Shown here: positions 28,043-42,270 of the stretch, one piece after another
Layout of the letters: each line of letters begins with the position of its first letter
How positions within the stretch are numbered: position 1 is the stretch's first letter
Notes under the pieces: model-generated
What the model was told of the DNA's origin: nothing
Seen by the model: only the letters and a program-made list of their open reading frames with translations
The model's database searches: none
Source: Octopus sinensis
Lineage: Eukaryota
Reading direction: 5' to 3'
Length of the DNA stretch: 64,000 bases
Assembly: GCF_006345805.1 (NCBI RefSeq)
Contig: NC_042999.1
Span: 93,124,001 to 93,188,000 of the forward strand
Translations under genes and position numbers: made by a program

Positions 28043-28241
28043 AGTAATACTAAGTAATTAAGGGTTTAGCAACGAATTGCCTCACCAACACACCGAATTT
28101 AGAAATAGCAGTCAAAGAGATATAGCTATTCCTTCTACTAAAAGGGGGATCTCAGTAAAAACACAGCACCTGAAAGGCAAACACAGACAGGTAAGAAAGA
28201 AAGAATGAAATGACGGCAATCTATCATACAATTTTATGTTA

Positions 28242-28333
28242 CCTACGGACGTACGTTTCGAAATCAAGTTTTAGGAAAGCATAAGAATTAGAAAATTCTA
28301 CCTTACCCAAACTCCTTTTCTCATCGGCGCAGG
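28242..28333 (-). ncRNA. Type I hammerhead motif with long helix II (U4C core variant)
   Basis: CCTGCG-CCGATGA-GAAA...TTTC-GAAAC-GTAC-GT-C-CGTAGG: 6 bp helix I, palindromic helix III, GUC triplet. Confidence 0.68.
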
Positions 28334-28829
28334 ATACTACAATTATGAATAATTGTATATTAAATTTTGAGATACTAGAAGGCATTATCTCAACTCAGTG
28401 TCAGAGCGAGCCAAAGCATGACCAGTACCACGAAATTCAAAGTGTGAATGAAAGTTTGTGTCACCAGCCCCCTTCCACCCGCGTGTAGCCAAGACAAAAT
28501 GCTGCGGTCATTTACTGGGATAAAATATGGTTATCAGTAACAATAAAGGGTGAAAGTAATTAATTTGGAATAATTATCAATTACACCAAGTAGATTTCGG
28601 CATGTAAAAGCCCCATTCGAGGAAAATTTAAGTAATACTAAGTAATTAAGGGTTTAGCAACGAATTGCCTCACCAACACACCGAATTTAGAAATAGCAGT
28701 CAAAGAGATATAGCTATTCCTTCTACTAAAAGGGGGATCTCAGTAAAAACACAGCACCTGAAAGGCAAACACAGACAGGTAAGAAAGAAAGAATGAAATG
28801 ACGGCAATCTATCATACAATTTTAAGTTA

Positions 28830-28921
28830 CCTACGGACGTACGTTTCGAAATCAAGTTTTAGGAAAGCATAAGAATTAGAAAATTCTACCTTACCCAAAC
28901 TTCTTTTCTCATCGGCGCAGG
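28830..28921 (-). ncRNA. Type I hammerhead motif, second direct-repeat copy
   Basis: Copy of 28242-28333 at offset 588. Confidence 0.68.
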
Positions 28922-29025
28922 ATACTACAATTATGAATAATTGTATATTAAATTTTGAGATACTAGAAGGCATTATCTCAGCTCACTAAATTCGGTGTGT
29001 TGGTGAGGCAATTACTTATTCCAAA

Positions 29026-29061
<36 letters not shown>

Positions 29062-29064
<3 letters not shown>

Positions 29065-29441
29065 CACTCCGTCGGTTACGATGATAAGGGTCCCAGCTGA
29101 TACGATCAACGGAACAGCTTGCTCGTGGAATTGACGTGCAAGTGGCTGAGCATTCCACAGACACGTGTACCCTTAACGTAGTACTCGAGGAGATTCAGCG
29201 TGACACAGAGCGTGACAAGGCCAACCCTTTGAAATACAGGTACAACAGAAACAGGAAGTAAGAGTGAGAGAAAGTTGTGGTGAAAGAGTACAGCAGGGTT
29301 CACCACCACCCCCTGCCGGAGCCTTGTGAAGCTTTAGGCGTTTTCGCTCAATAAACACTCACAATGCCCGGTCTGGGAATCGAAACCGCGATCCTACGAC
29401 CGCGAGTCCGCTGCCCTAACCACTGGGCCACTGCGCCTCCA
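29062..29441 (-). mobile_element. Full-length tRNA-derived SINE
   Basis: Minus strand begins GGAGGCGCAGTGGCCCAGTGGTTAGG (A box) ... GGTTTCGATTCCC (B box); ends in (TA)n. Confidence 0.85.
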
Positions 29442-29513
29442 CTATATATATATATATACGTATATACGTATATATATATATATATACATATATATATGTA
29501 TATATGTATATAC

Positions 29514-29593
<80 letters not shown>

Positions 29594-29649
29594 TATATGT
29601 ATATACTTACATATGAAAGTAACTATATATGTAAATTTAGACGTATATT

Positions 29650-32437
29650 CTTACGTCTTAGATAATAGCCCTGCTTCGACATTCGATGCATTTCTAGGAA
29701 ATGCCTTTTCACAACTTTTGATAATCGTTCATATCTGATTGAATCTTGTCTGGAAACGATGACCGGCGAAAGATATCATATATTCTGAATAAAGTGACGT
29801 GTTAACTGCAAGTTGTTCAGCACCATCAACTGTTGATTTTGAAAGCAATTTAGGATTAATTCATAGGATTAAATCATTTCTCGATTACGGTATGTTAGGT
29901 ATAGTTATCTGTTCCAGATTTCTACTTTTAATATTTGCTAAATTGTCAGATAGCGAGCTGATGGCATCGTTAAAACATCGGGCAAAATGCTTAGCGATAT
30001 TTCGTCTGTTTCTATTTTCTTAGTTGAAATTCTGCCGATGTCGACCTTGCATTTCATCCTTTCTGCGTCGATAAAATATCTACCAGTTGAGCACTGAAGC
30101 CGAAGTAATCGAATTACCCTCTCCCCCGAAATTGCTGGCCTTATATCAATCTTTGAAACCAATATTTGCAAGTTTTTAATTTTAATTCTTTGTTAAATCT
30201 TAGGAATCTATGAGTTATCGCATAATATTTTTCTAATATTTGAAGGCGTTTGTAAGATATTCATAAATACCATAAATCCAAATTGAACATGAATCCAAAT
30301 AGTTTATAATTATTCTCAGGTGAGAAATATTATGACTAGTAACTAATTTCATCGCTTAAAAGGACAGCTCTCCATGTTTTATATTAAATGGACGCTTTCA
30401 TGAATTACACTCTGTTTAGTCCCATGTAAGACTAATTGATTTGTCTTGATAGGCAAGTATTTTTGAGGCGATATTTATGCAGTATACTCTTTTATTTAGC
30501 TCACTCAAAAGTATTTATAGATTTCTAAATGTAAAGTGAAACATATAATAGATTTATTATACACAGTTATATCAGTAGAAATCTACTACTGTAATCTTGT
30601 GACACAATTTTTCTGAATATATATAACTGCGAAATAATGAACCTGTCATCTCGATACAGAGCGCAATATAAGTTATTAAATTAATCATGTAATAAACGTA
30701 CTATATAAAGTGAAAGAGTCTGAGAAAATTCTACGATTTTAGGATATGCATCAAAAGAATTAAAATTATTACTCTTCAATCACAAACCGTTATCAAACGA
30801 AAACAATGGTCTTGAATGCATGATTATTTAGATGTTAGATTCGCAGAAAAATAGTTTGGGCAAAAAAAAATAACTTTTTGAGAAAACATTTAGTTATCGA
30901 ATAGCAGTGTTAAATTATATCTCTAAGAAAAATGCCGTCGTTCCACAGCGATAAATTTACTGGTTGATTTTACGTTCTTTAATGTCGAAGTTACTTTTGC
31001 TCAGTTTACTTACGTACCTTGTTTTGGATATATACTGACCTACAAGTGGATAAGATTTTCTGCGTAGCCATTAGAGTAATATATGAGATTCTAAAAGGAT
31101 ACCATGCTGTCATCTATTCCTAAGTCGACAACTATTGGTTTGTTTTCTGGAATTGATAGACATGAATGTAGTATCTTTACAATTTCTTCGTAATAAGCAT
31201 TAGTTATATTATGAACCAGTGTTTTTTTGGTTTTCGACGATTTCCTTTAACTAGAGTAATGTTTGGTAGGAGTGTGTGTATCTATGTGTCAGAGAAGTGT
31301 AATGTGTGTGCGTGCGCGTTTGTGCGTGAGTGTGTGTACGAGTGCTTTTAGGTGAAAATAATATAGTGTAGTATAGATTGATAATATTGATGTAATGGTA
31401 TCATAATCCAAACAGAATGTCGCATCACCTGTGCTCGGAGCAATATAATTCAGCGGTGAATTAGCTCTGTACTGTACTATGGTACAGAATTATATATTAA
31501 CACAGATCAGCAGTCGATTAAATCGATCCTGGTATTTGATCAGTACTTTATTTTATCGGCCTTAGACCGATGAAAGGAAAATTGAGCGCAGCATAATTTA
31601 AATTCAGAAAGTAGTATCTAGAACATGTAACTCAAGACAGTTTTCCCAGAGCCTAACGCATCCGCCAATCCTCCCTCATTTTTATGTATCAAAGTTAATT
31701 TCATATGAATATATTAGTTTGTACGAACGGAAACAACTGAACCTTGATGGAAATGCTTTACCCATTCTTTAACTTGTATTAAGGTCTGCTGATCATTCTT
31801 TTGAACTTCATTCTGCTAATTAAGTTGAAATGCTGCGATCTCAACTGATCCAATATTATATCTTTAGATGAATATTTCTGGATTCTGACAGCGAAGAACT
31901 TCAGTAAGTAAGTAGTTATTCACTATTGTTCATGAGCAGTCATAGAAGAAGTAAGATCAAAAGCATTCCGTTATGACCATCCCATCATAATTTCATGGCA
32001 ATTGTCTCAAGGATCACATCTATTGTAATTTGTGGTTTTTATATCATAACAGTGGACAATTTGACGGAGATTTATTACTAAAAGGTCGTGTTACAGCCTA
32101 GAATATTTTGTGCGTGTGTGATTTTATATGATGTGGAGGCTTGTTAGGATATCTACTTTAATAATATTTCAAAATTAATTCAAAACTGCTTCGCACCGCT
32201 CACATATAGAAACATATATACATATGCCGAGTGATACATATGTATATTTTGTGTGAATGTATGCGTTCATTAATACATACATATGATCAACGACTCACAC
32301 ATACACAGAAACACACACATATATATGTAAATATGAATATATATGTTTGTGTATGTGTGCGTGCGCGCGTATATATATATATATATATGAATAATCTTAC
32401 ACACACTTGTACACACACACACATACACATATATGTG

Positions 32438-32504
<67 letters not shown>

Positions 32505-32548
32505 TATATATATGTATGTATATATGTATATATATATGTATATATATA

Positions 32549-32579
<31 letters not shown>

Positions 32580-33195
32580 ATTATATATATACATATAAAG
32601 GTACATACAGACATTACTACCTACATACAGGTCTTAAATGTAATATATTATTTTGGTGCCAGTTTTTTTTTCTAAACATAAACATGAAGGATAAACTGTG
32701 TCTGCTATTTCAATTAATCAAATATAATAAATTACACTTGCTTTTTCGTCTAGCACTGCAAGCAAAGCAAGTAACAGCAATGTACAAGAATACAGCGTGA
32801 ATGTACAGATATTTATGATTAGATATATGATGAAATAAATAAATCGCTTTATTGCAGCAGCAGGAAAATATCTATATGTGAATGAAAATATCACAAAAAA
32901 AAATAAATAAAAATAAAATAAATAGTCTATAACGATACAAAGAAATAAAACCCCAAGATGTTGGAAGAAAAAAAGCATCCATATCAGAAATCAATATAAA
33001 CACCAACATGAAAATGTCTATCTTGTTAATAATAGAAATCTTTCAGAAAATGGATACAAATATGCATATCATACATACATACATACATACATACATGCAT
33101 ACATACATACATACAAGCATGCATACATGCATACATATATAACGTGTGTCTATGACTATGCATATATATATGTATGTGTGTATCTGAGATTATGA

Positions 33196-33228
<33 letters not shown>

Positions 33229-33337
33229 CGTGTGTGTGTGCGTGTAGGGGTATTAGTGTCTGTATATATATATATATAAATATATATTCATATATGAATT
33301 TATGAGCATAATGTAAGAATTAAATATACATATATAT

Positions 33338-33373
<36 letters not shown>

Positions 33374-34800
33374 GGTATTAATATGCACACATACACACAC
33401 ACACACACATATATATATACATATATACAGATATATATATATATGCACGCATTCATATAGACGTAAATATTTAAATACATATATTTTATTAATATAATAT
33501 TGCATAACATAACTTGTGATGTCGTTTAAATCGATTTAGTTTTGTTTAAGTGTATATAGTAAGATGGAATATACTGCATTATGTTCAAAATATAATAGAA
33601 CATAATCAAAGTAGTAATTAACATATTATTGAACGTATTAATTTTATATGAAAAGTTATTTATTGATGTTAAGACTGGGTGTATTAAGAAACAAATTAAT
33701 ATGCTTATAGTGATGCTTAAAAGATATAATATTAATATGAGGCAATACTTAAAAGCATAAATTTAAAAAATGTTACTTGCCAACATAGCATGAAAATCAT
33801 AATTCAAAGTTAGCTTGTGTAATTATAGAAATAAAAAAATAAAATGTAGTAATACGTATGTACATATAATGTTAAATGCTTCTAATATAATTTTGCTTGT
33901 ATGACGAACATTATTGTGTGCAAACTTATATTACGTTATCTTAAAAATGTAGTTGAACTGTGGCAGTTATTGGTTATACAGATAATGGGTAAGTTAAACA
34001 TATTCTCTCTCAAATTAAATATTTAGTTAGTTAATTCAATGTTAAAGCATAATTTTAGTGATTTACATTCAGTATCTGTCTGTTAGTTAATAAATAATCG
34101 TTGGTTATTATTTTCATAGAAGTGATAAATAATATGTGGATGCATGGTTGTTTTGAAGGATGGGGTATTGTAGCTGAAGAAAATAATATTTGGTTGTTCT
34201 GTAAACTTAAATATATATTTTCCTGGTTAGAATAGAATAAATTTGCGAATCATCAAACCCTTGACACGTTTCGGCACAAAGTAATAGTGAAGTTATGATT
34301 AATCGAAACAGAAGCTACGACGTTATCGACACTTAAGACTATCTGAATTTAAAAAAAAGACAGCCTAACGTTATTCACCGTAATATTTTCATTCCAGTTT
34401 CTTTTTGTATGTAGGCTGATGGACGCTAAAACGATTTCAGTCTTTGTTCTTCTAGATATTTCATCAATCGGACAAGAGGTTTATTGAGTTAGCCATCGAA
34501 GTGTCTGAGCATTCTGCAGGCATGTGCACCTTGACCGTAACTTACAGAATCATCCAACGTAGCAGAGTAGCATGTACATCCGATCCAACGGGTTTCTAGA
34601 TTCGAGCTTACAGTTAATGTATTTTATCAAAAATAACAATCTGTTGAGGATAAGTTCTTTCATTAATATATATCTTGAACATTTCTAACTTTTGATCGTA
34701 TTATCTACTAATTACAGGAGCATATTTTTACAGCTTTACAACTCTTCCAGTCACATTAGTTGAATTTATTAATTGAACACTTTGCATGGCAATATTCTAA
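29650..34800 (-). pseudogene. Third region of decayed LRR/LRR-CT-like coding remnants
   Basis: KELIL..KYIN..SRNPLD/CTC/LRWMI (34546-34680), ENIYLSLQNNQI (34188-34222), PSNIRKILCDN..KNLQIL (30160-30260); frame-broken, by-eye only. Confidence 0.35.
29955..30140 (-). mobile_element. Short interspersed repeat family B
   Basis: Reverse complement of the family B motif (ATCGACGCAGAAAGGATGAAATGCAAGGTCGAC...GACGAAATATCGCTAAGCATTT). Confidence 0.7.
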
Positions 34801-35289
34801 ATCAACACAGAAAAAAAAATACATAATGCCCAATTTCATTTTGAATATAAAACATCAACTCCGGAAGTTTCTTGCACAGGGCCCCTGAATAACTATGATA
34901 CTAGGAATAAAACGTTAACCAAGTTTACTAAAATTCCATTAAGTACACGACACTCTGTAGTTATTTCATATTCTATATAACAAATGCTAAAAATATGTGT
35001 AGATATATATTGAGATTCGCCTGCATCTTATATAAAAATTTAATATATCATCTACATATGTGATATAAATATCTTTAGTCCATGAATATTTTATTCCATC
35101 CTGCCCGATAAAAACTTCCGCACGTAATATCTTTAAAAATGCATAAAGTTTATATTGAAAGAGGCGATAGTTACTACTCACTGAATTGACTATTGTGATA
35201 AAAAAAAAACACTGTATATTTTGAACTTTATTGAAACCCTTATAACCAAAACATTTAATTAAATTATTTCCGTCGTATAATCGCTAGTA

Positions 35290-35532
35290 TTCTTTTATTC
35301 TTTTATTTTTTCAGTCATTTGACTGCGTCCATACTGGAGCACCGCCTTTAGTCGAGCAAATCGACCCCAGGAATTATTATTTGTAAACCTAGAACTTAAT
35401 GTAAGGTCTCTTTTGCCGAACTGCTAAGTCACCGGGACGTAAATAAACTAGTATAGGTTGTCTAGCAATGTTAGGTCGGCAAATACAGACACACAAAAAT
35501 ACAAACATACACACACACATATATATATATAT

Positions 35533-35611
<79 letters not shown>

Positions 35612-35790
35612 TAGATATAGATATACGATGGGCTTCTTTGTGTTTCCGTTTACCAAATCCACTCATAAGGCTTTGGTCAGCCCGAGGCTACATTAGAAGA
35701 GACTTGTCCAAAGTGCCACGCAGTGAGACTGAACCCGGAACCATTTGCTTGGTAAGCAAGCTACTTACCATACAGCTACTCCTGCGCCTA
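35290..35790 (-). mobile_element. Full-length tRNA-derived SINE family A with internal (GATA)n/(TA)n
   Basis: Minus strand head GGCGCAGGAGTAGCTGTATGGTAAG...GGTTCAGTCTCAC; body shared with 51375-51790. Confidence 0.85.
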
Positions 35791-37039
35791 TGTATATAAT
35801 TCTTTCACGATTTTTTACTTGTAAACAAGAAATATCTCGCATTGTATGTTAAATATTACATCAAGCGTCCACCTAACTATACATATAATCATCAGCCTCA
35901 TTAATCTGCTGACAATTACCTAACTATGGCCTTGTAAAGTCAAATTTATCTTATATACTTCGCTCTTCAAATACACTCTGTCATATTTCAACATCATTCA
36001 CTGATTAACAAAGCCCTCACAAATGCAGAAGTGCAAATTTCACATTAAGTATTCACCCAGATGTGCAAACTCTCTTCTAAAGGCATGCATTTATATAATT
36101 CAAAATTCTCTGTACATATACGTGTATAACTCCAGACCATTCTCAGCAGATTTGATTGAAAATAATGAAACCCAAATATTTAGCTAAGCATATTAAAACT
36201 ATAAATTTTTAAAGATGGCTATATATATGTATGTATGTATTTCAATATATCCATAGATGTAAGAGAAAACATTATACTAGCAACTAATTTATTTTGACAC
36301 ATTATACTTGCAAATAATATAGAAGCTTAGAAAACAAATTTTTATTTCATATCTCTATGAAATTACTTCTAATTACTGCTCTTTAATATTGAATCGTCAT
36401 TATTCAGATAATTTATTTTCAATATAAATATATTTACACGGCTACATTTACACTAATCTACTCATGTATTGTATATTATAAACTATTTACAATATTATAT
36501 CTCTATAATATTAAAATTGCTCTTATAACACATTATGTTATTTTCTTTAACAACCTAAATCTATTTCATTACTAAATTTCGAAATAAATCTTTGCGAATC
36601 TATTTATATTTGATACTTAATACAACGATTAATTGCCTTCGTGTCTGCAAACCCCACCAACCACAACGAGGTTTTATATGGTTAATACTTAGCTCGCAAT
36701 CACGAAGAACTGCACGTAGGTGGTGTTGACAAATTTTTGCGAATCGTTAAGCTAGAGGTAGACACACTGAAGTGTTCATTATCGTAACTCAAAGCCGATC
36801 TTTATCAAGATGCAATTACAAGGCAAATAGACTCAGCAATATAAAAGGCTCAAAGTTTATGAATGTGGTACCCAGGTAAAAATGATTGGCCACCTTCTCT
36901 CTTCATATTCTTTAATCGCTGCAAATGAGTACATATAGAGGCAAGATGAAATACGGGTATATAATCATTCAAAAATTTACAAACACTATTAGAAAGAAAC
37001 CTCTATAGGCATGTTTGACCACATCAACTACTCACCGAG

Positions 37040-37410
37040 ATTTGTCGTCTCAACGTTCTCTGAGATTTTATAATTCTAACGAAAGAACTATCTTGGCAAA
37101 TGGCCCAAATATTATAAGGAAAATTAATATTCATGAAACGCGTCTTCTAATTGATATGGCTGTCTCCATTGAAAACAATGTGGCAGTCAAGAAACTAAAT
37201 AAAGCACAGAAAAACAAAAACCTAAGTATGATGATTGTTAAAACGTGAAAGAGGAAAACCCGCTAGGATATATCTTATGATCGAGGAAATCTGAGTAATA
37301 AAGATTCAGAAAAATTCACAGACGTGATAAGAAAACCATGATGAAACGAAATAAAGAAAAAACCATACTGGGTACTGCACATATCATCCGAGTAGCACTA
37401 TCATCATGAA
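37040..37410 (+). mobile_element. R4/Dong-like LINE 3' fragment
   Basis: LANGPNII, LLIDMAVS, terminal ILGTAHII.V.LS peptide matching the 3' ends of the other R4-like copies. Confidence 0.6.
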
Positions 37411-37532
37411 TGTCAGTTTTATAGCATTTTTATTGAATACTAATGTGTTTTCTATTTTATTTATCAGGAATTAGCACTCCCGGAATCAAATACTCATCCA
37501 ATGTGTTAATAATTAATAAGAGCTCCTTATCT

Positions 37533-39000
37533 GTAGAGGAGCGTGATTTAATGGTTAGGGTGTTGGACTCATGAACATATCAGGTTTCCCAAAAGTTCTG
37601 TCGGATTTAACTTTTTTTTAAATTGAATGAAATTTAATAGGATTTTAGAATGTCTAATTGAATTAAAAATTATTTTTATGCATCTGTGTATATTTAAACT
37701 AATTAAAAATTATTTTACAGAATAATAAAATTAAAATATCTTTGATTAAAACCCTTTCCAACATGGAAATATCCAAAGAGCATTTAAGGCACATAATGCT
37801 TTATGAGTACAAAAAAAGGAAACTCTGCAGCCGAAGCGAGACGAAACTTACACTCAGTTTATGGGAAAGAATGGTTGAATGAAAGACCTTGCAGAAGATG
37901 GTTTGCAAAATTCAGAAGTGGAGATTTCAGCCTTGAAGATGAAGATTGAACAGGAGTTGAGTTTGATGATAAGTTCCGTGAGGAATTACTTGAAGAAAAT
38001 CTGGCAATATCAGTTGAAGGATTGGCAATAAAGCTTAGTTCAAGCCATACAACTGTTCATCATCATCTTCAACAACTTGGAAAGGTTCCTAAACTTGGAA
38101 AATAGGTGCCTCAGGAATTGTCCGAAAGCAACCACAAATCCTAAATTGACATCTGCTCTTCTCTCCATTCTCGCGAACACATTTCACCCTTTTTGGATAG
38201 ACTTGTGACTGGTGACGAAAAATAGATCTTCTATCGAAATGTCAAACGTCGTAAACAGTGACATGGTAAAAGAGAAAAAGCTCAACTACAACCGAGAAGG
38301 AACTTCATAAAAAAAGGTTCTTCTCTCTATCTGTTGGGATTGCAAAGGAGTAATTCACTTTCAATTCTTACCACCTAATGCAATAATCAATGCTCAAATA
38401 TACTGTCAGTAATTAGAGCATTTGAACCAAGCTTTGAAGAAAAAAGACCCGCTTTAGTGAATCGAAAAGGAGTGATGTTTCATCAGGACAATGCGTGACC
38501 CCACACTGCAAAGATCACATCACAGAAGGTCGAAGAGCTTGTTTGGGAAAAAATTCACCATCCACCTTATTCTGCCGAACTTGCTCCTTCTGACTACTAT
38601 TGGTTTTGTAGTTTACTGAATCATTTGGGGGACATAGCCTTCGCAAGCTAGGAGGATGTCGAAACTGACATTTCAGAGTTCTTCGCTTTGAAACCAAAAT
38701 AGTTTTACATTGATGGGATTAAAAAGGTTGTAAATAGATGGAAGGAAATCATAGATATTAAGGGAAAGTACATTGATAATTAAATTTCAATTAATCACTA
38801 GTTTTTTTAATTCAAAATCCAGAGAGGACTTATGGTATTACCTGATAAGAATGTGGTTTTGATTCCTGGACCAGATGACGTCCTCTCACATTGCTCCAAT
38901 CTACTCAATTGACATATATATGTGAACCTTCGATGGACCGGCATCGTAACCAGGTTCGGAATATATAAGCCATGAAAACTGACGCTATGAGGCTATATGA
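37533..39000 (+). mobile_element. tRNA-derived SINE split by a mariner insertion (37533-37579 and 38848-39000)
   Basis: A-box TTAATGGTTAGGG before the mariner; B-box-like GGTTTTGATTCCTGGACC right after it. Confidence 0.7.
37580..38845 (+). mobile_element. Mariner (Tc1/mariner) transposon, full length, pseudogenised
   Basis: TA-TCAGGT...ACCTGA-TA termini with imperfect TIRs; transposase from ATG 37763 (MEISKEHLRHIMLYEYKKG, RRWFAKFRSGDFSLED, LVTGDEK, HPPYSAELAPSDY) with several stops. Confidence 0.92.
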
Positions 39001-39014
39001 CTCAGGCAGGATCT

Positions 39015-39320
39015 TTATCTTTGACTTGTTTCAGTCATTTGACTGCAGTCATGTTGGAGCATCGCCTGTAGTCAAACAAATCGACCCCAGGACTTATTTT
39101 TTGTAAGCCTAGTGCTTATTCTATCAGTCTCTTGTGCCGAACCGCTAAGTTACAGGGATGTAAACACACTAACATCGGTTGTCAAGCGATGGTTGATGTA
39201 CAAACACAAACATACAAACACACACACACACACACACACAAACATATGTATACCACGGACTTCCTTTAGTTTCTGTCTGCCAAATCAATTCACAAGGGTT
39301 TGGTTGTCCCGTGGTTTTCT
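39015..39320 (-). mobile_element. SINE family A, partial
   Basis: TTCAGTCATTTGACTGC...AAATCGACCCCAGG...GCCGAACCGCTAAGTTAC motif. Confidence 0.8.
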
Positions 39321-40649
39321 CATTCGCAAAATATGCATGTTTTAAAAGCCAGTAAAAATCTGAAATTCGGCTATAATAATGTACCCTTCCAGTCTCATTG
39401 CTTTGAAGGTATGATGTTATGGAGAGAAAAAAATTGGAGAAAATAGTTATAGAGGTTTAAAAATCGAAAAAAAAAACTATATTTTTAGCCAATAGCGAGA
39501 CGGAAATTTTCAGCGTTTTGCGGAGTGGCTTCGCCTTTAAGGTTGTACCCGGGGAAATTTATTGTTTTAGTGTCTGACATGTTCACTGTAGGTTTCTAAA
39601 TAAAGAGAAATACCTCCTAAAATCAACATGTATCATCTTGCTGTTTTTTGTCTCTTCATTGATTGTATGGTTTCAATATTTTGTAAAAATTTATATTAAT
39701 ATATTTGTATGCATCTGTTTACTTTATGCCTACCTCTGTATTATGTACATCTGCCATGTATTTGAGTACATCATTAATATATATGGTCATGTAGATGTAT
39801 GTATTCGTATATAAGTTTATATGTACATTATGCATTCGTGTGTGTGTGCGTTTGTGTGTGTGAAAGGGGGTCTGTCTCCCAAACTCCAAAGTTGAGTAAC
39901 GTTTTCATGATTGGATTTGTAAACTACGTTAAGAATAACACTGGTCAACAAAGAATTTGTCCCAAGGAAAAGAATATCTGCATTATATACGTTTTTGCAT
40001 GCAGAATTTAAAAATAACGTCAGATTATCTGTACCACCACAGTTTCGCTGTTCCACGATATCCCTCTCAGTTCCTATTACGTGGGCTAAATTTCGGTTAA
40101 GCTGTGGAAATGTGATCGGTTTAAGAAATACTCTTATTTAAAATATTTATGAACAGAATTAAACTAGTTAAATCATAAATCCAGCTGAGTCAATGAGACC
40201 CAAAAATATATGAAATGAAAAATATATAAAAATACTAACACAGAAAAAGGCAGAGAAAAATACTGACACACAGAAGCACAGAAAAATATGTAATATATTA
40301 ACACGCAGAAGAAAAAAAACAAAAAAACACGTGGGTGAAAAGAATCTCGTGGTTTGAAGAATTAAGTGTGAAAAATCAACATAGACAACAGCAGCACAGA
40401 AAAAATGAACGACAACACAGCGTGTGGTTGTCATGGTAACAAGCTGCTAATGTCACGCTGTTCTTTAACTGGTTAAAATTACCCAAATTTCCCAACTTTA
40501 ATGCCAAATAACATCAGATTCTTTAATTTCGAAATAAAGTAATTTGTTGATCGTAATCAAAATTAAGAGTTGCATCGATACACCAAAACTGAAAGAAATC
40601 TGAGCAAAATTAAGTGGTGGTAGGGGAGATCATTTTGCGAATGAGAAAG

Positions 40650-40760
40650 ACTAGTTCCCAAGGCTATAGTAGAAGACAATTGTCAAGTTGCCACGCAGCG
40701 GGACTGAACTCAGAACCGTATGGTTGGTAAGCAAACATCTTACCACACAGCCACGCCTGG
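40650..40760 (-). mobile_element. SINE family A, tRNA-like head
   Basis: TGCCACGCAGCGGGACTGAAC...TTACCACACAGCCAC. Confidence 0.7.
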
Positions 40761-40821
40761 TCCGTTATCTACCTCAGATGTCTAGGTTGTTCCTGCTGGA
40801 TAATGAGTGAATGCAGCAGAT

Positions 40822-40890
40822 ATCATCATCATCATCATCAGTAGCAGCACCACCACCACCACCACCACCACCACCACCACAACCACCACT

Positions 40891-40972
<82 letters not shown>

Positions 40973-40995
40973 ATATCACCACCATCTACTACAAT
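40822..40995. repeat. (CAT)n/(CAC)n trinucleotide repeats
   Basis: Direct reading. Confidence 0.95.
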
Positions 40996-41576
40996 GATAT
41001 AAGATTTTCGATTCGTCACAATGATGTTATTTCCCCGATTCTGTACGTTAATGAAGGTTGCTCAGAAATTTTTGGTTATCTGAATTCTAAATTTCTTCTG
41101 AGATTCAGCAGCACAATTCACCGATCTCCCTCGTACATGTGTTTATTTATTTATTTATTTATTCATTCATTTATTCAGTTATTCAAAGCAAAAAAAAAAA
41201 AAGCCCTTTCTCATCTCTGATTTCTGCCTCACTCTCTCACTGATTACTTGTGTGTGTGTGTGTGTGTATTGAGAAAAAAGTCGTCAGAATTTTGGAAAAA
41301 AATCTTTATTTATTCATTATTATTAGTGCTTTCGTTCGTTTCTCGAACTAGTGAAAAATAAAATTTTGTGAATGTACAAACAGCTTGTTCATTTATATAA
41401 AACAGATGCGTTTGGGGGGGGGGATTGTTTAGAAGTGGAAATTGTTTTTGTTTTTTAGTGTGAGGTTCCATTGACAATGGAGATGGATAGATAGAAATAT
41501 AGGTAGGTAGATAGGCTGATATATATATATATATATATAATTATATATATATATATAATATATATATATATATAAT

Positions 41577-41608
<32 letters not shown>

Positions 41609-41619
41609 TTGTGTATATA

Positions 41620-42065
41620 CATATAGGCGTAGGATTGGCTGTGTGGAAAGACGAAACTGAAAGAAGCCCGTCGTATATATGTATGTATATATATATGCAT
41701 TGTTTAATTAAATGAAGTCTCATGAAACGATTGTACTGCACTACCTTTGGATATCCTTGTTGCTTATTTTGATTGTAATGACCCCATTTTGATTTATATG
41801 GATAATACCATGCCAAATTCTGGTACCTTTAACTTAAGTATCATATTCAACTGAATCTAAATTTTTACTGAACTTATATATATATATATGTTTGTGTGTG
41901 TGAGTGTATGCTTGCATGTCTGTGTTTTTCCCCCAACATCGCTTGACAACCGATGCTGGAGTGTTTACGTCCCCTTAACGTAGCGGTTCGACAAAAGAGA
42001 CCGACAGAATAAGTACTAGGCTTACAAAGAATAAGTCCTGACTGAAGCAAGTAAAGAGTAAAGAT
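41620..42065 (+). mobile_element. SINE family A, rearranged plus-strand copy
   Basis: AGGCGTAGGATTGGCTGTGTGG, ACTGAAAGAAGCCCGTCG and CAACATCGCTTGACAACCGATGC...AGTACTAGGCTTAC segments. Confidence 0.7.
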
Positions 42066-42087
42066 TATATATATATATATATATATA

Positions 42088-42270
42088 GGGAGAATTTACA
42101 AAAAAAATAAACAAACAAAAAAAAAACAAAAGACGAAGACAGGTGGTGTAGACAACAAACAGATGTATTAGTATAACGTTCAGGAAGTGAAAAGGTCTTT
42201 AATGTTTCGAGCCTACGCTCTTCCACAGAAAGGAACACAGAAAGAAACAAGGAGAGAGAAATATCTTTTA
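42088..42270 (-). mobile_element. Short (TA)n-abutting repeat with degenerate minimal hammerhead (42197-42232)
   Basis: Homologous to 14990-15190; minus strand CTTT-CTGTGGA-AGAGCGTAGGCTC-GAAACAT-T-AAAG. Confidence 0.6.

Larger units (their letters stand above)
28041..29032 (-). mobile_element. Penelope-like/retrozyme-like element: 588 bp unit + partial direct repeat + two short inverted pieces, between (TA)n tracts
   Basis: 28041 repeated at 28629 (offset 588) to ~28985; 28986-29013 and 29016-29032 are reverse complements of internal segments; divergent homolog of the 3241 element (AAGGG.TTAG, TTAGAAATAGCAG, CCTTCCACC.GCGTG, CACCAAGTA). Confidence 0.78.

Noticed and set aside
40774-41220. 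Poly-D/G, poly-M/V, poly-S/P and poly-I/T ORFs
   Set aside because: Produced in all frames by (CAT)n/(CAC)n repeats
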